From assembly GCA_038143535.1 (NCBI GenBank), contig JAYQMD010000001.1, forward strand, positions 326,265 to 390,264: a stretch of DNA of 64,000 bases, read 5' to 3'. Under the pieces are notes generated by a model that was not told where the DNA came from, did not search any database, and saw only the letters and a program-made list of their open reading frames with translations. This DNA is from Bacteroidota bacterium. Lineage in GTDB: Bacteria; Bacteroidota; Bacteroidia; Flavobacteriales; Flavobacteriaceae. Below, one piece after another: positions 37,374 through 48,882 of the stretch. The translations under genes and the position numbers were made by a program. The stretch's first letter is position 1; every line of letters starts with the position of its first letter.

Positions 37374-39985
37374 ATGAAATCACAAGACATTCGCGCAAAG
37401 TTTTTAGACTTTTTTACTGACAAAGAACACAAGATTGTAGCCTCTGCACCCATGGTTATGAAAAATGACCCGACGCTTATGTTTACCAATGCTGGTATGA
37501 ACCAGTTCAAGGAATATTTTCTGGGCAACAAAGCCGCTGCTGACAAAAGAGTTGCCGATACCCAGAAGTGTCTGCGCGTATCTGGCAAGCACAATGACCT
37601 CGAAGAAGTTGGGAAAGACACCTACCACCACACCATGTTTGAGATGCTCGGAAACTGGAGTTTTGGAGATTACTTTAAAAAAGAAGCCATTGCCTATGCC
37701 TGGGAGTTTCTTACTGAAGAAATGCAAATCGATAAAAACGATTTGTATGTGACTGTATTTGAAGGGGACGACGCTGAAGGGCTTTCAAAAGACGACGAAG
37801 CCATTTCTTTTTGGGAATCACATATTGCACCCGAACGTATTCTTATGGGTTCCAAAGCAGACAATTTTTGGGAAATGGGCGATCAAGGGCCTTGTGGTCC
37901 CTGCTCTGAAATTCACGTGGACATAAGGTCTGCAGAGGACAAAGCCAAAGTTGACGGTGCCACGCTTGTCAATATGGATCACCCGCAAGTAGTTGAAGTG
38001 TGGAATTTGGTATTTATTGAGTTTAACAGAAAAGCCAATGGTTCCCTTGAAAAATTGCCTGAAAAGCACGTGGACACGGGTATGGGCTTCGAACGCCTTT
38101 GTATGGTGGTTCAAGGCGAACAATCCAATTACGATACCGATGTGTTTACACCCCTCATTCGCGAGATCGAAACCCGCACAGCTTCCGGTTACGGCAAAAA
38201 AGAGGAAGTCGATATTGCCATTCGCGTAATTGCCGATCACCTCAGAGCGGTTTCTTTTTCCATTGCCGACGGCCAATTGCCTTCCAACAACGGAGCGGGT
38301 TATGTCATGCGACGTATTCTAAGACGTGCCATCCGCTATGGCTATACTTTCTTGGATCAAAAAGAACCTTTTATTTATGCATTGGTTAAAACCTTATCTG
38401 ATCAAATGGGAAGTGCCTTTCCAGAGCTTAAAGACCAACAAGATCTCATCCGAAACGTCATCAAGGAAGAGGAGCAATCATTCTTAAAAACCTTATCGCA
38501 AGGCTTGGTAATGCTTGAGCAGCTCATGAAATCTAACGCTGGAAAACAACTCTCGGGAGCAAAGGGTTTTGAGTTGTACGACACTTTTGGTTTCCCCGTT
38601 GATTTGACAGCACTTATTTTGTCTGAAAACGACATGACCTTAGATGAAGATGCATTTGCTACCGAAATGGCGCAACAAAAAACACGCTCAAGGGCAGCAG
38701 CCCAAGTAGAAACCGAAGATTGGATTGATATTAGAGAAGACGACGAACAGGAATTTGTGGGCTATGACTTACTCAAAACACCCGTAAAAATTGTCAGATA
38801 CAGAAAGGTAACCACCAAAAATGGCAGCTTATATCAGTTGGTTTTTAACCTTACGCCTTTCTATCCTGAAGGGGTGGTCAGGTAGGAGATAAGGGCTATT
38901 TGGAAGCGCCTAATGGAAATGTTACCTATATCACCGACACCAAAAAAGAAAACAATCTGATTATTCATGTGGCCAATCAACTGCCTGCAGATCTCAACGG
39001 GTCTTTCACTGCCGTAGTAGATGAACAAAAGCGAAATGCTACTGCTGCAAACCACACGGCTACACACCTATTGCATCAAGGCTTACGTTCGGTGCTTGGC
39101 ACGCATGTTACCCAAAAAGGATCTATGGTGCGCTCAGGATATTTGCGTTTCGATTTTTCACATTTTGCCAAGCTAACTTCAGACGAACTGATGGCTGTAG
39201 AAGCCTTTGTAAATGCCCGAATACAAGAGCAAATTGATCTAGTAGAACAGCGCAATACACCCTATCAACAAGCTATTGACAATGGCGCCCTCGCCCTGTT
39301 TGGCGAAAAGTATGGCGACACAGTCCGCAGCATTCGCTTTGGCGAATCTGTTGAGCTTTGTGGCGGTACTCATGTAAAAAATACATCCTCACTTTGGCAT
39401 TTTACCATAACAGCTGAAACAGCGGTTGCTTCAGGTATTAGGCGTATAGAAGCCGTCACAGCTAATGAGGCTAAAAAACGCGTTTATGATCAAGCAGAAA
39501 CGTTCGAAAAATTAAAAAAACAGTTAAAAAATCCTCAAGATATATTGGCGTCCGTTGAGGCTTTGCAAGATGAAAACAGCACGCTTAAAAAGGAATTGGA
39601 AAACCTCAATAAAAAAGTAGTAGCACAGCTTATTACCGAACTCGAAAATAGCAGCCTAACACTAGGAGAAATGTCTGTCATTATTGCGGAGGTTGATTTG
39701 GATGGCGCTGGTCTTAAGGATGCCCTTTTCAAACTTGGGCAAAATCACCAAAATTTGATTGCCGTACTGGGAAGTAAAAAAGGAAATAAACCCCTTTTAT
39801 CTTGTTATGTTTCCAAAGCACTTGCTCAAAAGGGTACTTGGCAAGCCAATGCTATCATCAAAGAAATTAGTCCCCATATTCAAGGAGGAGGAGGTGGCCA
39901 ACCATTTTTTGCCACTGCAGGAGGAAAGAATCCAAATGGAATCCCAGCAGCGTTATCTGCAGCTAAGGACTTGCTGATCAGCTAA
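37374..39985 (+). CDS. alaS: alanine--tRNA ligase, split by a 1-nt deletion in a G run (38871..38874)
   Basis: Track ORFs 37374..38885 and 38900..39985 together make a normal AlaRS. Adding one G restores [18 protein letters not shown] across the junction. Confidence 0.92.
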
Positions 39986-40521
39986 TTTGAAGGCGGATAA
40001 GCCGCTAAAATATCTGTAACAAACGTATTTATTTTTGCTTCACGTTCTTGTGGCGTGCCACTGCTCAATCTGCCGATTCCTTTTCCTTGCCAAACTAATT
40101 TCTTGGAAGTCGCATCAATGAGGTCAATATAGAGCACTCCACTCGTTGTGGTATTTACATTGTAAGGACGATTGAATCCCCATCCCCAACCCATACCGCC
40201 ATAAGGACCAAAGAAAGGACCACCCCAGCCAACATAGCTTTCGCTGACACGTACATTTTTCTCTGCCTTGGTATGAAAACTAACCAAAATATTGGGTGTT
40301 TCTGAAGCAACAAAGCCTTTTTCTGCAAGCGTGTTTTCAATGGCCTTTAGGATGCGTCTTTTGTCTAGGTCTGAAATTTGAGCATCGTCAATGCCGGGTT
40401 TGAAAAAAGCATAGGCATTATAGGAAGTAAAATCAACGCCAGTATCATAATCTGTACTAACGCGAATAGATGCACAAGAAGTGAGCAAGAGTGCTGCCGC
40501 GATGAATAAAAACCGTTTCAT
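39982..40521 (-). CDS. DUF4136-like lipoprotein
   Basis: Lipobox AALLLTSC. The N-terminal ASIRVSTDYDTGVDFTSYNAYAF resembles DUF4136 lipoproteins, and there is a Gly/Trp-rich internal segment. Confidence 0.6.
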   Translation of the reverse strand: MKRFLFIAAALLLTSCASIRVSTDYDTGVDFTSYNAYAFFKPGIDDAQISDLDKRRILKAIENTLAEKGFVASETPNILVSFHTKAEKNVRVSESYVGWGGPFFGPYGGMGWGWGFNRPYNVNTTTSGVLYIDLIDATSKKLVWQGKGIGRLSSGTPQEREAKINTFVTDILAAYPPSN

Positions 40522-40597
40522 AATTGAATTTTTCTAAAAATAATCAAAAAACATGCCGAATGTATATTTAAATATAAATACATAGAATCACGTATTT

Positions 40598-41503
40598 TTG
40601 AATGTGCACAAACCAACCGCCATAAACCAATACCTACCACTTCCCGAATTTGAGGAGAAAGGGATTTCGGTATTTCTTAAAAGAGAAGATCTGGTTTTTC
40701 CATTAGCTTCTGGAAATAAATGGCGTAAACTCAACTATAATTTTAAAGCCTTAAAAGCTTCTTCTGCCAATGGTATACTTACGTTTGGAGGCGCTTATTC
40801 TAATCACCTTGCTGCTGCTGCAGCACTTGCTGCTCAGGAACAAATTCCCATCGTCGGAATCGTTAGGGGAGAAGAACTTGCACATAAACCATTAAACCCC
40901 ACTTTGTCTCAGTGTCAGGCTAATGGCATGCACTTGGTTTTTGTGACAAGAGCCGAATACAAACTAAAAGAATACGGTGAAAAGGTGTGTCAGCTTGTAG
41001 CTGCTAAAAATTTGCTTATCATCCCTGAGGGAGGCACTAACGAACTTGCGGTTAAAGGTTGTGCAGAAATCTTGACAACTGACGATTTGCGTTTTGATGT
41101 TATTGGATGTGCTGTAGGAACAGGGGGTACCTTAGCTGGTTTGGCAACTTCAGCTGCCGCCCATCAAAAAGTTGTGGGTTTTCAAATGGTAGATGATGCC
41201 ACAATCCCAGACCGTATTCGTACCTTTGTGTCACGTGATAATTGGGAGCTCATTCGGCACCCATCCTATGCGGGTTACGCCAATGTCGATAAAAGGCTTG
41301 TTGCATTTGCAAACGATCTTATCGATAGTACAGGCGTGCTATTGGATCCTATTTACACGGCACCTATGCTGTTTCAGTTGGTGCAAATGATAAAAAAGAA
41401 TACATGGTTGTTTGGAACAAATATTTTACTCATTCACACTGGCGGAACGCAGGGAATCGCTGGTTACAATTATCAGTATCAAGTGCAATGGCCAGAACCG
41501 TAG
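40598..41503 (+). CDS. PLP-dependent ACC deaminase / D-cysteine desulfhydrase family protein
   Basis: SGNKWRKLNYNF (the PLP lysine context) and FGGAYSNHLAAAA are typical of this family. The start codon is uncertain (TTG 40598 or GTG 40604), because a TATTTTTG box overlaps it. Confidence 0.72.
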   Translation: MNVHKPTAINQYLPLPEFEEKGISVFLKREDLVFPLASGNKWRKLNYNFKALKASSANGILTFGGAYSNHLAAAAALAAQEQIPIVGIVRGEELAHKPLNPTLSQCQANGMHLVFVTRAEYKLKEYGEKVCQLVAAKNLLIIPEGGTNELAVKGCAEILTTDDLRFDVIGCAVGTGGTLAGLATSAAAHQKVVGFQMVDDATIPDRIRTFVSRDNWELIRHPSYAGYANVDKRLVAFANDLIDSTGVLLDPIYTAPMLFQLVQMIKKNTWLFGTNILLIHTGGTQGIAGYNYQYQVQWPEP

Positions 41504-42288
41504 CCTTTTTTATTATTGCTCTCTTGCTTACTTCATGTGGCTCAAAAAAAGTAGTTTACAATGGAGAAGTAAAACGGAACGCCAAAAAAATTGAAAACAA
41601 ATCACCTAAGCAAACTGCAAAAAAACGTGCTCATTTAGATACCCATATGCGTATGAAGGTTTATGTTGTACAGTATGCACCACTTGCGCAAAAGGAGATG
41701 AAAAAATTTGGAATACCAGCAAGCATTACCCTAGCACAGGGCTTATTGGAATCACAAGCAGGCGTTGGGAAATTAGCGGTCAAGTCTAACAACCACTTTG
41801 GGATTAAATGTCATAAAGGTTGGCGCGGACCTAGCGTTTCTCACGATGACGACGCAAAAGGGGAGTGCTTTCGCAAGTATAAAAAAGTAGATCAATCCTA
41901 TCGGGATCATTCCGAGTTTTTGCGCTACAGAGATCGATACAGTAAGCTATTCAAAATGAAAAAAACGGACTATGTCAGCTGGGCACACGGACTAAAGAAA
42001 GCAGGTTACGCTACAGATCCGCAATATGCCTACAAGCTGATATCGCTTATCGAGCGTTACGAACTTTGGCGATTTGACGGCAGCAAGGAGCCCATCAAAA
42101 CAAAAAAAGCCAAAAAGGATAAGGTCAAAAACGATAAGGCCCCAACCACTCAAAATTATGTAGTAAAACAAGGGGATACCTTGTATGCAATTGCCAAGGA
42201 ATTTGACACTTCAGTGCAAGCCCTTAAGGACCTTAACGGATTGCGCTCAAGCAAACTGGCTATTGGCCAACAACTCAAAGTAAAATGA
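41488..42288 (+). CDS. lipoprotein with glucosaminidase (GH73-like) domain and C-terminal LysM
   Basis: Lipobox [36 protein letters not shown] and [11 protein letters not shown] are glucosaminidase-like. The C-terminal [16 protein letters not shown]...GQQLKV is a LysM motif. Confidence 0.75.
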   Translation: MARTVAFFIIALLLTSCGSKKVVYNGEVKRNAKKIENKSPKQTAKKRAHLDTHMRMKVYVVQYAPLAQKEMKKFGIPASITLAQGLLESQAGVGKLAVKSNNHFGIKCHKGWRGPSVSHDDDAKGECFRKYKKVDQSYRDHSEFLRYRDRYSKLFKMKKTDYVSWAHGLKKAGYATDPQYAYKLISLIERYELWRFDGSKEPIKTKKAKKDKVKNDKAPTTQNYVVKQGDTLYAIAKEFDTSVQALKDLNGLRSSKLAIGQQLKVK

Positions 42289-43574
42289 TGCAATACCAAC
42301 GTAGTAGCGCCTTGTTCAATGAGGCAAAGAAAGTAATTCCAGGCGGGGTAAATTCTCCAGTACGCGCCTTTAACGCTGTTGGTGGAACGCCTATTTTCCT
42401 CACGCACGCGAAGGGTGCGTACCTCTTCGATGAGGACCAAAATCGCTATATAGACTTTATTGCATCTTGGGGTCCCATGATTTTAGGGCATGCACACCCT
42501 AAAGTGGTCGCTGCTGTTCAAGCGCGAGCCGAAAAGGGAACTTCCTATGGCATTCCAACAGCATTGGAAACCGAAATTGCCAAACGTGCGCTTTCCATGG
42601 TGCCGCATATGGATCAAATCCGTTTTGTGAATTCAGGAACAGAAGCCTGCATGAGTGCGGTTCGACTGGCTCGGGGATTTACAGGGCGTGACAAAATCAT
42701 CAAGTTTGCGGGTTGCTATCACGGACACGCAGACGCCTTTCTGATTCAGGCCGGTAGTGGCGCCGTTACTTTCGGTAGTCCAAACAGTCCAGGGGTCACA
42801 GCTGGCACGGTTAAAGACACCCTTCTCGCTGTATACAATAATTTGGAACGCGTAGCCGAAATATTTCGCGCCAATCCATCGCAAATTGCCGCCATAATCG
42901 TTGAGCCAGTTGCTGGTAATATGGGTTGCATTTTACCACAAGCAGGCTTCTTGGAGGGCTTGCGCAGTTTGTGTGATACACATGGTGCAGTTCTTATATT
43001 TGACGAGGTCATGACAGGGTTTAGATTGGCCCAGGGCGGCGCACAAGAATGTCTTGGCGTTCGCGCTGATTTGGTTACTTACGGGAAAGTTATCGGCGGT
43101 GGTTTGCCTGTTGGTGCTTTTGCTGCTCGAAAAGAAATTATGGATTTTTTAGCACCACTTGGACCTGTTTATCAGGCGGGTACTTTGAGTGGAAACCCTC
43201 TGGCCATGACTGCTGGACTGACCATGTTAGACTTGTTGCATGCACATCCTGAAACCTATACAAGTTTGGCTGATAAAACCGCATTCTTACACCATGAGAT
43301 GGTGCCGCTATTGGAAAAGAAAGGACTTCCCTATCAAATCAATAGATTGGGCTCCATGATGTCGCTACATTTTACAGACACGCCAGTTGTGGACTTCGAA
43401 ACAGCAGCTAAGGGCAATAATGATTATTTTAAAGCCTATTTCCACGGCATGCTAAAACGCGGTATCTATTTGCCACCCAGTGCCTTTGAAAGTTACTTCC
43501 TAAACGATGCCATAAGCCAAAAAGACCTCGAGCATACGCTGGAGGCCTTTTCAGAAACGTTAAAAGCGTTGTAA
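42285..43574 (+). CDS. hemL: glutamate-1-semialdehyde 2,1-aminomutase
   Basis: 429 aa with [10 protein letters not shown] near the N-terminus, class III aminotransferase layout and YGKVIGGG (the PLP lysine). Confidence 0.92.
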   Translation: MMQYQRSSALFNEAKKVIPGGVNSPVRAFNAVGGTPIFLTHAKGAYLFDEDQNRYIDFIASWGPMILGHAHPKVVAAVQARAEKGTSYGIPTALETEIAKRALSMVPHMDQIRFVNSGTEACMSAVRLARGFTGRDKIIKFAGCYHGHADAFLIQAGSGAVTFGSPNSPGVTAGTVKDTLLAVYNNLERVAEIFRANPSQIAAIIVEPVAGNMGCILPQAGFLEGLRSLCDTHGAVLIFDEVMTGFRLAQGGAQECLGVRADLVTYGKVIGGGLPVGAFAARKEIMDFLAPLGPVYQAGTLSGNPLAMTAGLTMLDLLHAHPETYTSLADKTAFLHHEMVPLLEKKGLPYQINRLGSMMSLHFTDTPVVDFETAAKGNNDYFKAYFHGMLKRGIYLPPSAFESYFLNDAISQKDLEHTLEAFSETLKAL

Positions 43575-43575
43575 A

Positions 43576-46071
43576 TTAACTTGGGTCCAAAATCGCATCA
43601 ATACGCACCACAGCTTCTTGCAAGTGATAGCGTGTATTTTGATCGGTTGTGTTTGTTAAGCTTGTGTTGATGGCGTTTTTAAGATTAATCAATTGCGCCC
43701 TGCTTACGGCTCTAATATCTGATTGACTAACAAGCACTCTAGTACGATTGCTATAACGTCTTGCTGAACCCACTAGCGGCTCTTGGCTTTCTGTCATCAG
43801 GTATTCCAAACGATCGATATAAGCGCGTTGCAGGTTTCTACGGTAGATACCAATAGCCTTGTTGCTATACAATTCACTCCAAATACCTTTTCGAAGTGCT
43901 GTCATCATCTCTACAAGTGTATAGGCATCGCTGCCATTGAGTGCTTCATTTTCAGAAATACGTGCCAGTCGGTCAAAGCTCAACAAGCGGTTGAGGGTGC
44001 CTGTTTGCATGCGTCGCATGCGGTCAAGTACGCCAGCAAACTCAATCTTATTGAAAATATCGTTGTCCAACATCCATGTTGGCGTTGCAAATAATTCTTC
44101 TTGCAAGAATTGCATACAAGCATGCTGGTGCTTTTTGTCAACATGTGTATACACCGCACCTTCTTGATCATAGGTTTTGTAGTATTCATACACACCGCCA
44201 ATATTTGCCGCTACATGTCCCATATAACGATTAAACTGACCCAATACTTGGTTGTATAGATCTTGTAAATCGTCATAGTCCTTACCGTCCTCTGCTGTCC
44301 ATTCTATCAGATTTGGCACAATTCTTTTAAGGTTTGCAATGCCATAAGCGCTTGCTTTTATGGCGTTATCGCCCAGATCCTCTGTCTGTGAGCTAGGGTC
44401 AATAGGATTCCCAAATTGTTGACTTCCAAAACGATACATGGGATCGTCTTGATGTGCTAAAATCCATTGATCTAAGGTTTCCTTTTCGTCAGCTGCCGTT
44501 TTAGCAGATGGAATGGGGCGGTAGCCCCAACGAACAGCATGCTTGTCATAAACCCCAATATCCGGCATCAACGAAACATCTCCGTCTCCTGGTTGTGCAA
44601 TGTAGTTAAACCGAGCATAGTCCATGATAGAAGGTGCCGTACCGTATTTTTTGGTAAAAGAGACAGAGCGCAACGAGTCAACAGGGAACGCAACACTGCT
44701 TCCCATGTTATGGGGGAGCCCTATGGTGTGTCCTACTTCGTGCGCAGAAACAAACCGAATCAAACGCCCCATAATTTCATCCTTAAATTCTACACCCCTA
44801 GCTTCTGGATTAATGGCAGCCGTTTGCACAAAAAACCAATTGCGTAATAGCGTCATCACATTGTGATACCAGTTGATGTCAGACTCCAATATTTCACCCG
44901 ACCGTGGATCACTCACATGCGGTCCATTGGCATTAGGAATAGGAGAAGCCAAATAACGCACAACTGAATACCGTACATCTTCGGGACTCCAATCTGGATC
45001 TTCTTCTGGTGTTGGAGGGTCTTTAGCAATAATGGCATTTTTAAAACCTGCTTCCTCAAATGCTACTTGCCAGTCTTCAATCCCTTGTTTTAAATAGGGC
45101 ACCCATTTTTTTGGTGTGGCTCTATCAATGTAGTACACTATGGGTTTTTTGGGTTCTACCAATTCACCGCGTTTAAATTTTTCTACATCTTCATCTTTTA
45201 TTTCTAAACGCCAACGATCTAGGTAGCGCACTGTTTTGCTTTTTTGCACATCCAGACCATAATCCGTTTGCCCTCTTGAAAACCAGCCTACGCGTTGGTC
45301 AAAGTAGCGTCTTTTCATTTGGTCCTTGGGCAGTAGAATCATGGAGTTGCTGATTTCTAAGCTTATGGATGCGGTGCTCGAATTGGAGGGTGGCTCGCTT
45401 GAATTGTAAGTTTTTACATGACGCGCTTCAATATTGAGCGGATAACTTTTAAGCGTATTGATAAATGATCTTGATTTATCCATACTCGATATTTTATAAC
45501 TTTTTCTTCTCGAGGCTGGGAAGCCAAGTGCTTTTACATCTGTTTCAAAAAGTTTGTTGATTTCAATCACAGTAGAAGTAGAATCTTTTCCAATGGACTT
45601 GATGTCAAATCGATACAGTATAGGCTCAAAGTTTGAATTGACCACAGCCTCGTGAATGGGCAGTGAGTCGGCTGCTACAACTTCATGTGAAACAACTCGC
45701 AGCAAAACTTTCTTGCTGTCTTTTTCCCAACGCAATACCTGGGTATTTTGTTTTCCACCACCAAAACCGATGCCTGAGGCTGTTTTGGCAATACGTGTAA
45801 CCATCAACATTTCTGACCCAAACAGGGAGTCAGGAATTTCATAATAGAATTTGTCATCAACCGTATGCACGTCAAATAACCCCTTATCTGTGATGGCCTT
45901 TTTGGTAATTACTTTGTCATAAGGTTTAATGCCGTTTTTATCTTCCTTTTTAGGTTTTGGCATTTGCGTTACGGGTGGCTTTTTCTTTTTAAAAAGTTTG
46001 CCAAGCTGTGCGTTTGCGGGAACGGTAGTCAGCACCGCTAAACCTATAAGAAGAAATGATATTTTTTTCAT
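43576..46071 (-). CDS. secreted zinc-dependent metalloprotease (DUF5117/DUF5118-type)
   Basis: 831 aa with a signal peptide and the HEVGHTIGLPHN zinc motif in the C-terminal half. The overall layout resembles Bacteroidota zinc-dependent metalloproteases. Confidence 0.78.
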   Translation of the reverse strand: MKKISFLLIGLAVLTTVPANAQLGKLFKKKKPPVTQMPKPKKEDKNGIKPYDKVITKKAITDKGLFDVHTVDDKFYYEIPDSLFGSEMLMVTRIAKTASGIGFGGGKQNTQVLRWEKDSKKVLLRVVSHEVVAADSLPIHEAVVNSNFEPILYRFDIKSIGKDSTSTVIEINKLFETDVKALGFPASRRKSYKISSMDKSRSFINTLKSYPLNIEARHVKTYNSSEPPSNSSTASISLEISNSMILLPKDQMKRRYFDQRVGWFSRGQTDYGLDVQKSKTVRYLDRWRLEIKDEDVEKFKRGELVEPKKPIVYYIDRATPKKWVPYLKQGIEDWQVAFEEAGFKNAIIAKDPPTPEEDPDWSPEDVRYSVVRYLASPIPNANGPHVSDPRSGEILESDINWYHNVMTLLRNWFFVQTAAINPEARGVEFKDEIMGRLIRFVSAHEVGHTIGLPHNMGSSVAFPVDSLRSVSFTKKYGTAPSIMDYARFNYIAQPGDGDVSLMPDIGVYDKHAVRWGYRPIPSAKTAADEKETLDQWILAHQDDPMYRFGSQQFGNPIDPSSQTEDLGDNAIKASAYGIANLKRIVPNLIEWTAEDGKDYDDLQDLYNQVLGQFNRYMGHVAANIGGVYEYYKTYDQEGAVYTHVDKKHQHACMQFLQEELFATPTWMLDNDIFNKIEFAGVLDRMRRMQTGTLNRLLSFDRLARISENEALNGSDAYTLVEMMTALRKGIWSELYSNKAIGIYRRNLQRAYIDRLEYLMTESQEPLVGSARRYSNRTRVLVSQSDIRAVSRAQLINLKNAINTSLTNTTDQNTRYHLQEAVVRIDAILDPS

Positions 46072-46253
46072 AAAATTTATTTGATACGCTAAAGTGCTGA
46101 AAATATGTAAGCTTTACAATTAAAAAAAGAATTAAAACCTCTACTTACAGTAGCGGGATATGGCGGGTCAAAACTTTTAAACAATTGTAAAGACGGCGTT
46201 ACTTGTTCAGAAAACAAACACGCAAAAAACAGAAGTACGGAATTTAAGTTATT

Positions 46254-47945
46254 CTAAAGCAGCGTAACCAACAAGTCACCCCCAGTTTTTTTCACTTCAG
46301 CAATTGATTTGCCAGTCAGCCCTTTGATGGTTTTGTCCCATTTTTTATTACTAAGCCCTGATTGTTCCTTGAGTGATGTAAGTGCAATGGGGCTTTCTTT
46401 TTTAAGCAAATCAACAACACCTTGTTCTTCTTCCGTGAGTGTTGGCCCTTTTTTCTCTGGACGCATCTGTGGAAAAAATAACACCTCTTGAATAGAACTG
46501 TTGTTGGTCAACAGCATGGTGAGGCGGTCAATACCAATACCAATACCAGAAGTGGGCGGCATGCCGTATTCCAATGAGCGAAGAAAATCTTGATCAATAA
46601 ACATGGCTTCCTCATCTCCTTTTTTAGAAAGGGACATTTGATCCTCAAAACGCTCCCGCTGGTCAATGGGATCGTTTAATTCCGAATAGGCATTGGCCAA
46701 TTCTTTTCCATTAACCATAAGCTCAAAGCGTTCTGTTAAACCTGGTTTGCTGCGGTGTGATTTGGTCAGCGGACTCATTTCTTTTGGATAGTCAGTAATA
46801 AACGTTGGTTGGATATAATGATGCTCGCAACATTCCCCAAAAAGAGCATCAATAAGCTTTCCTTTGCCCACGGTTTCGTCTACTTCCAGCCCCAATTTTT
46901 TTACTGTTTCACGCAATGTACTTTCATCCATATCAGAAACGTCAATGCTTGTATGCTCTTTAATGGCGTCTAAAATTGGGACTCGAGGATAGGGTGCCTT
47001 AAAGTCTATAGTATTTTCTCCAACGGTTACGGTACCTACGCCATTTGCAGCGACAGCCACTTCCTCCAACAGCGATTCCGTTGTTTCCATCATCCAATGG
47101 TAATCCTTGTAGGCCACATAGAGTTCCATTACCGTAAATTCAGGGTTGTGGGTTTTGTCCATCCCTTCATTTCTAAAATCTTTGGCAAATTCATATACCC
47201 CATCAAACCCCCCAACAATTAACCGCTTTAGGTACAACTCGTTGGCAATACGGAGGTAAAGCGGTATGTTGAGCGCGTTGTGATGTGTCACAAACGGACG
47301 TGCAGCAGCACCCCCGGGGATGGGTTGTAATATGGGTGTTTCAACTTCGAGATAACCCCGGTCGTTAAAAAAAGAACGAATGGTATTGGTAATCTTGGTG
47401 CGCTTAACAAAGGCATCTTTCACCTGCGGATTTACAATCAAATCAACATAGCGCTGACGGTAGCGTTGCTCGGCATCCGTAAATGCATCATAGGTGTTGC
47501 CTTCGGCATCTACTTTGGGTAGTGGCAAAGGACGTAGCGATTTGCTCAACACAAACAGCTGGTGTACTTCAATGGTTTTTTCTCCCACTTGGGTAGTAAA
47601 CATGGTGCCTTCAATTCCTATAATATCACCGATATCAAGAAGTTTTTTGTAAACGTCGTTGTACTGGGTTTTGTCTTCATCCCGACATAAGATGTCTCTA
47701 TTGAAATAGAGCTGTACCCTGCCTGTGGCATCTTGAAGCTCGGCAAAGCTGGCTTTTCCTTGCACACGCCTTGACATTAGCCTTCCGGCCATGCGTACAT
47801 GTTGTCCTTGTTCAAATTTCTCACTAACTGTTGTGGCGTAGTGCGAAACGTCAAAAGCAGCCGCTGGATAAGGGTCAATCCCTAAATCACGAAGTTTTGT
47901 TAATTTCTCTCTACGGACAAGTTCTTGTTCTGATAGCTCTTGCAT
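46254..47945 (-). CDS. lysS: lysine--tRNA ligase (class II) with a C-terminal extension
   Basis: OB-fold plus class II core (motifs around FRNEG and GIGIDRL). The start is set at MQELSEQELVRREKL. About 65 extra residues follow the catalytic core. Confidence 0.92.
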   Translation of the reverse strand: MQELSEQELVRREKLTKLRDLGIDPYPAAAFDVSHYATTVSEKFEQGQHVRMAGRLMSRRVQGKASFAELQDATGRVQLYFNRDILCRDEDKTQYNDVYKKLLDIGDIIGIEGTMFTTQVGEKTIEVHQLFVLSKSLRPLPLPKVDAEGNTYDAFTDAEQRYRQRYVDLIVNPQVKDAFVKRTKITNTIRSFFNDRGYLEVETPILQPIPGGAAARPFVTHHNALNIPLYLRIANELYLKRLIVGGFDGVYEFAKDFRNEGMDKTHNPEFTVMELYVAYKDYHWMMETTESLLEEVAVAANGVGTVTVGENTIDFKAPYPRVPILDAIKEHTSIDVSDMDESTLRETVKKLGLEVDETVGKGKLIDALFGECCEHHYIQPTFITDYPKEMSPLTKSHRSKPGLTERFELMVNGKELANAYSELNDPIDQRERFEDQMSLSKKGDEEAMFIDQDFLRSLEYGMPPTSGIGIGIDRLTMLLTNNSSIQEVLFFPQMRPEKKGPTLTEEEQGVVDLLKKESPIALTSLKEQSGLSNKKWDKTIKGLTGKSIAEVKKTGGDLLVTLL

Positions 47946-48021
47946 CCCAAATTTTTCTGTGACAAAGATAACCAATGCACATGAGTTATTTAGATATCAC
48001 GAATTTGTATCTTTGACTACC

Positions 48022-48189
48022 ATGAGTTTATTTAGAGTCCTACTGGCCATCCTATTTCCTCCACTCGCCGTATTGGATAGAGGCTGTGGCTCTATTGTTA
48101 TCGTTTTTTTACTCACCCTTTGCGCATGGGTGCCTGGTGTTATTGGCGCACTCATCATTCTCAACCGACCGTTCGATTATGAGCCCTAA
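48022..48189 (+). CDS. YqaE/Pmp3-family small membrane protein
   Basis: LLAILFPPLAVLDRGCG...LLTLCAWVPGVIGALIIL matches the UPF0057 pattern. 55 aa with two TM segments. Confidence 0.65.
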   Translation: MSLFRVLLAILFPPLAVLDRGCGSIVIVFLLTLCAWVPGVIGALIILNRPFDYEP

Positions 48190-48882
48190 GCCAAAGGTGC
48201 ACGTCCGCCAATTAGGCTTGGTGACGTATGAGGCCGCAACGGCACTACAACAGGATTTGTTTCAGCAAACCATTAATCAAAAAATACACAACCGCCGAAA
48301 CTCAAAAGACCAAACACCAACCCAACACCACTTACTTTTTCTTGAGCATCCCCCAGTATATACACTTGGTAAAAGCGGAGATAAAAATAACTTATTGGTC
48401 AACAATACCACCTTGCGGGAAAAAGGGGCAAGTTTTTTAAAACCAACCGCGGTGGAGACATAACCTTTCACGGTCCTGGACAGTTGGTGGGTTATCCAAT
48501 TTTGGATTTGGATTGTTTTTTTACAGACATTCACAAGTATCTGCGTTTTTTGGAAGAATGCATCATTGCTACCCTTGCCGATTATGGTATCGAAGCCAGT
48601 AGGAGTAAGGGTGAAACGGGCGTTTGGATAGATGTTGAAGGAGCCAATCCTCGTAAGATATGCGCCATGGGCATACGTACAAGCCGTTGGGTAACCATGC
48701 ATGGATTTGCGCTAAATGTAAATACCGATTTGTCTTTTTTCGATTATATCATTCCCTGTGGGATAGCTGATAAGTCCATTACTTCAATGGGAAAGGAATT
48801 GGGTACAGCTGTTGCTATGCAAGAAGTAATAAAAAAATTTGAGGGGCACTTCTTCAGAATTTTTGACGCTGAAATAGCCTAG
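48179..48882 (+). CDS. lipB: octanoyltransferase LipB, split by a 1-nt deletion in a T6A4 tract (48433..48442)
   Basis: Track ORFs 48086..48463 and 48484..48882. Adding one base restores [27 protein letters not shown], the conserved LipB core. Confidence 0.88.

Noticed and set aside
38868-38885. Programmed ribosomal frameshift in alaS.
   Set aside because: I see no slippery heptamer or downstream structure. The lesion is a simple one-base shortfall in a G run, and similar homopolymer lesions occur in lipB. An error is the more economical explanation.
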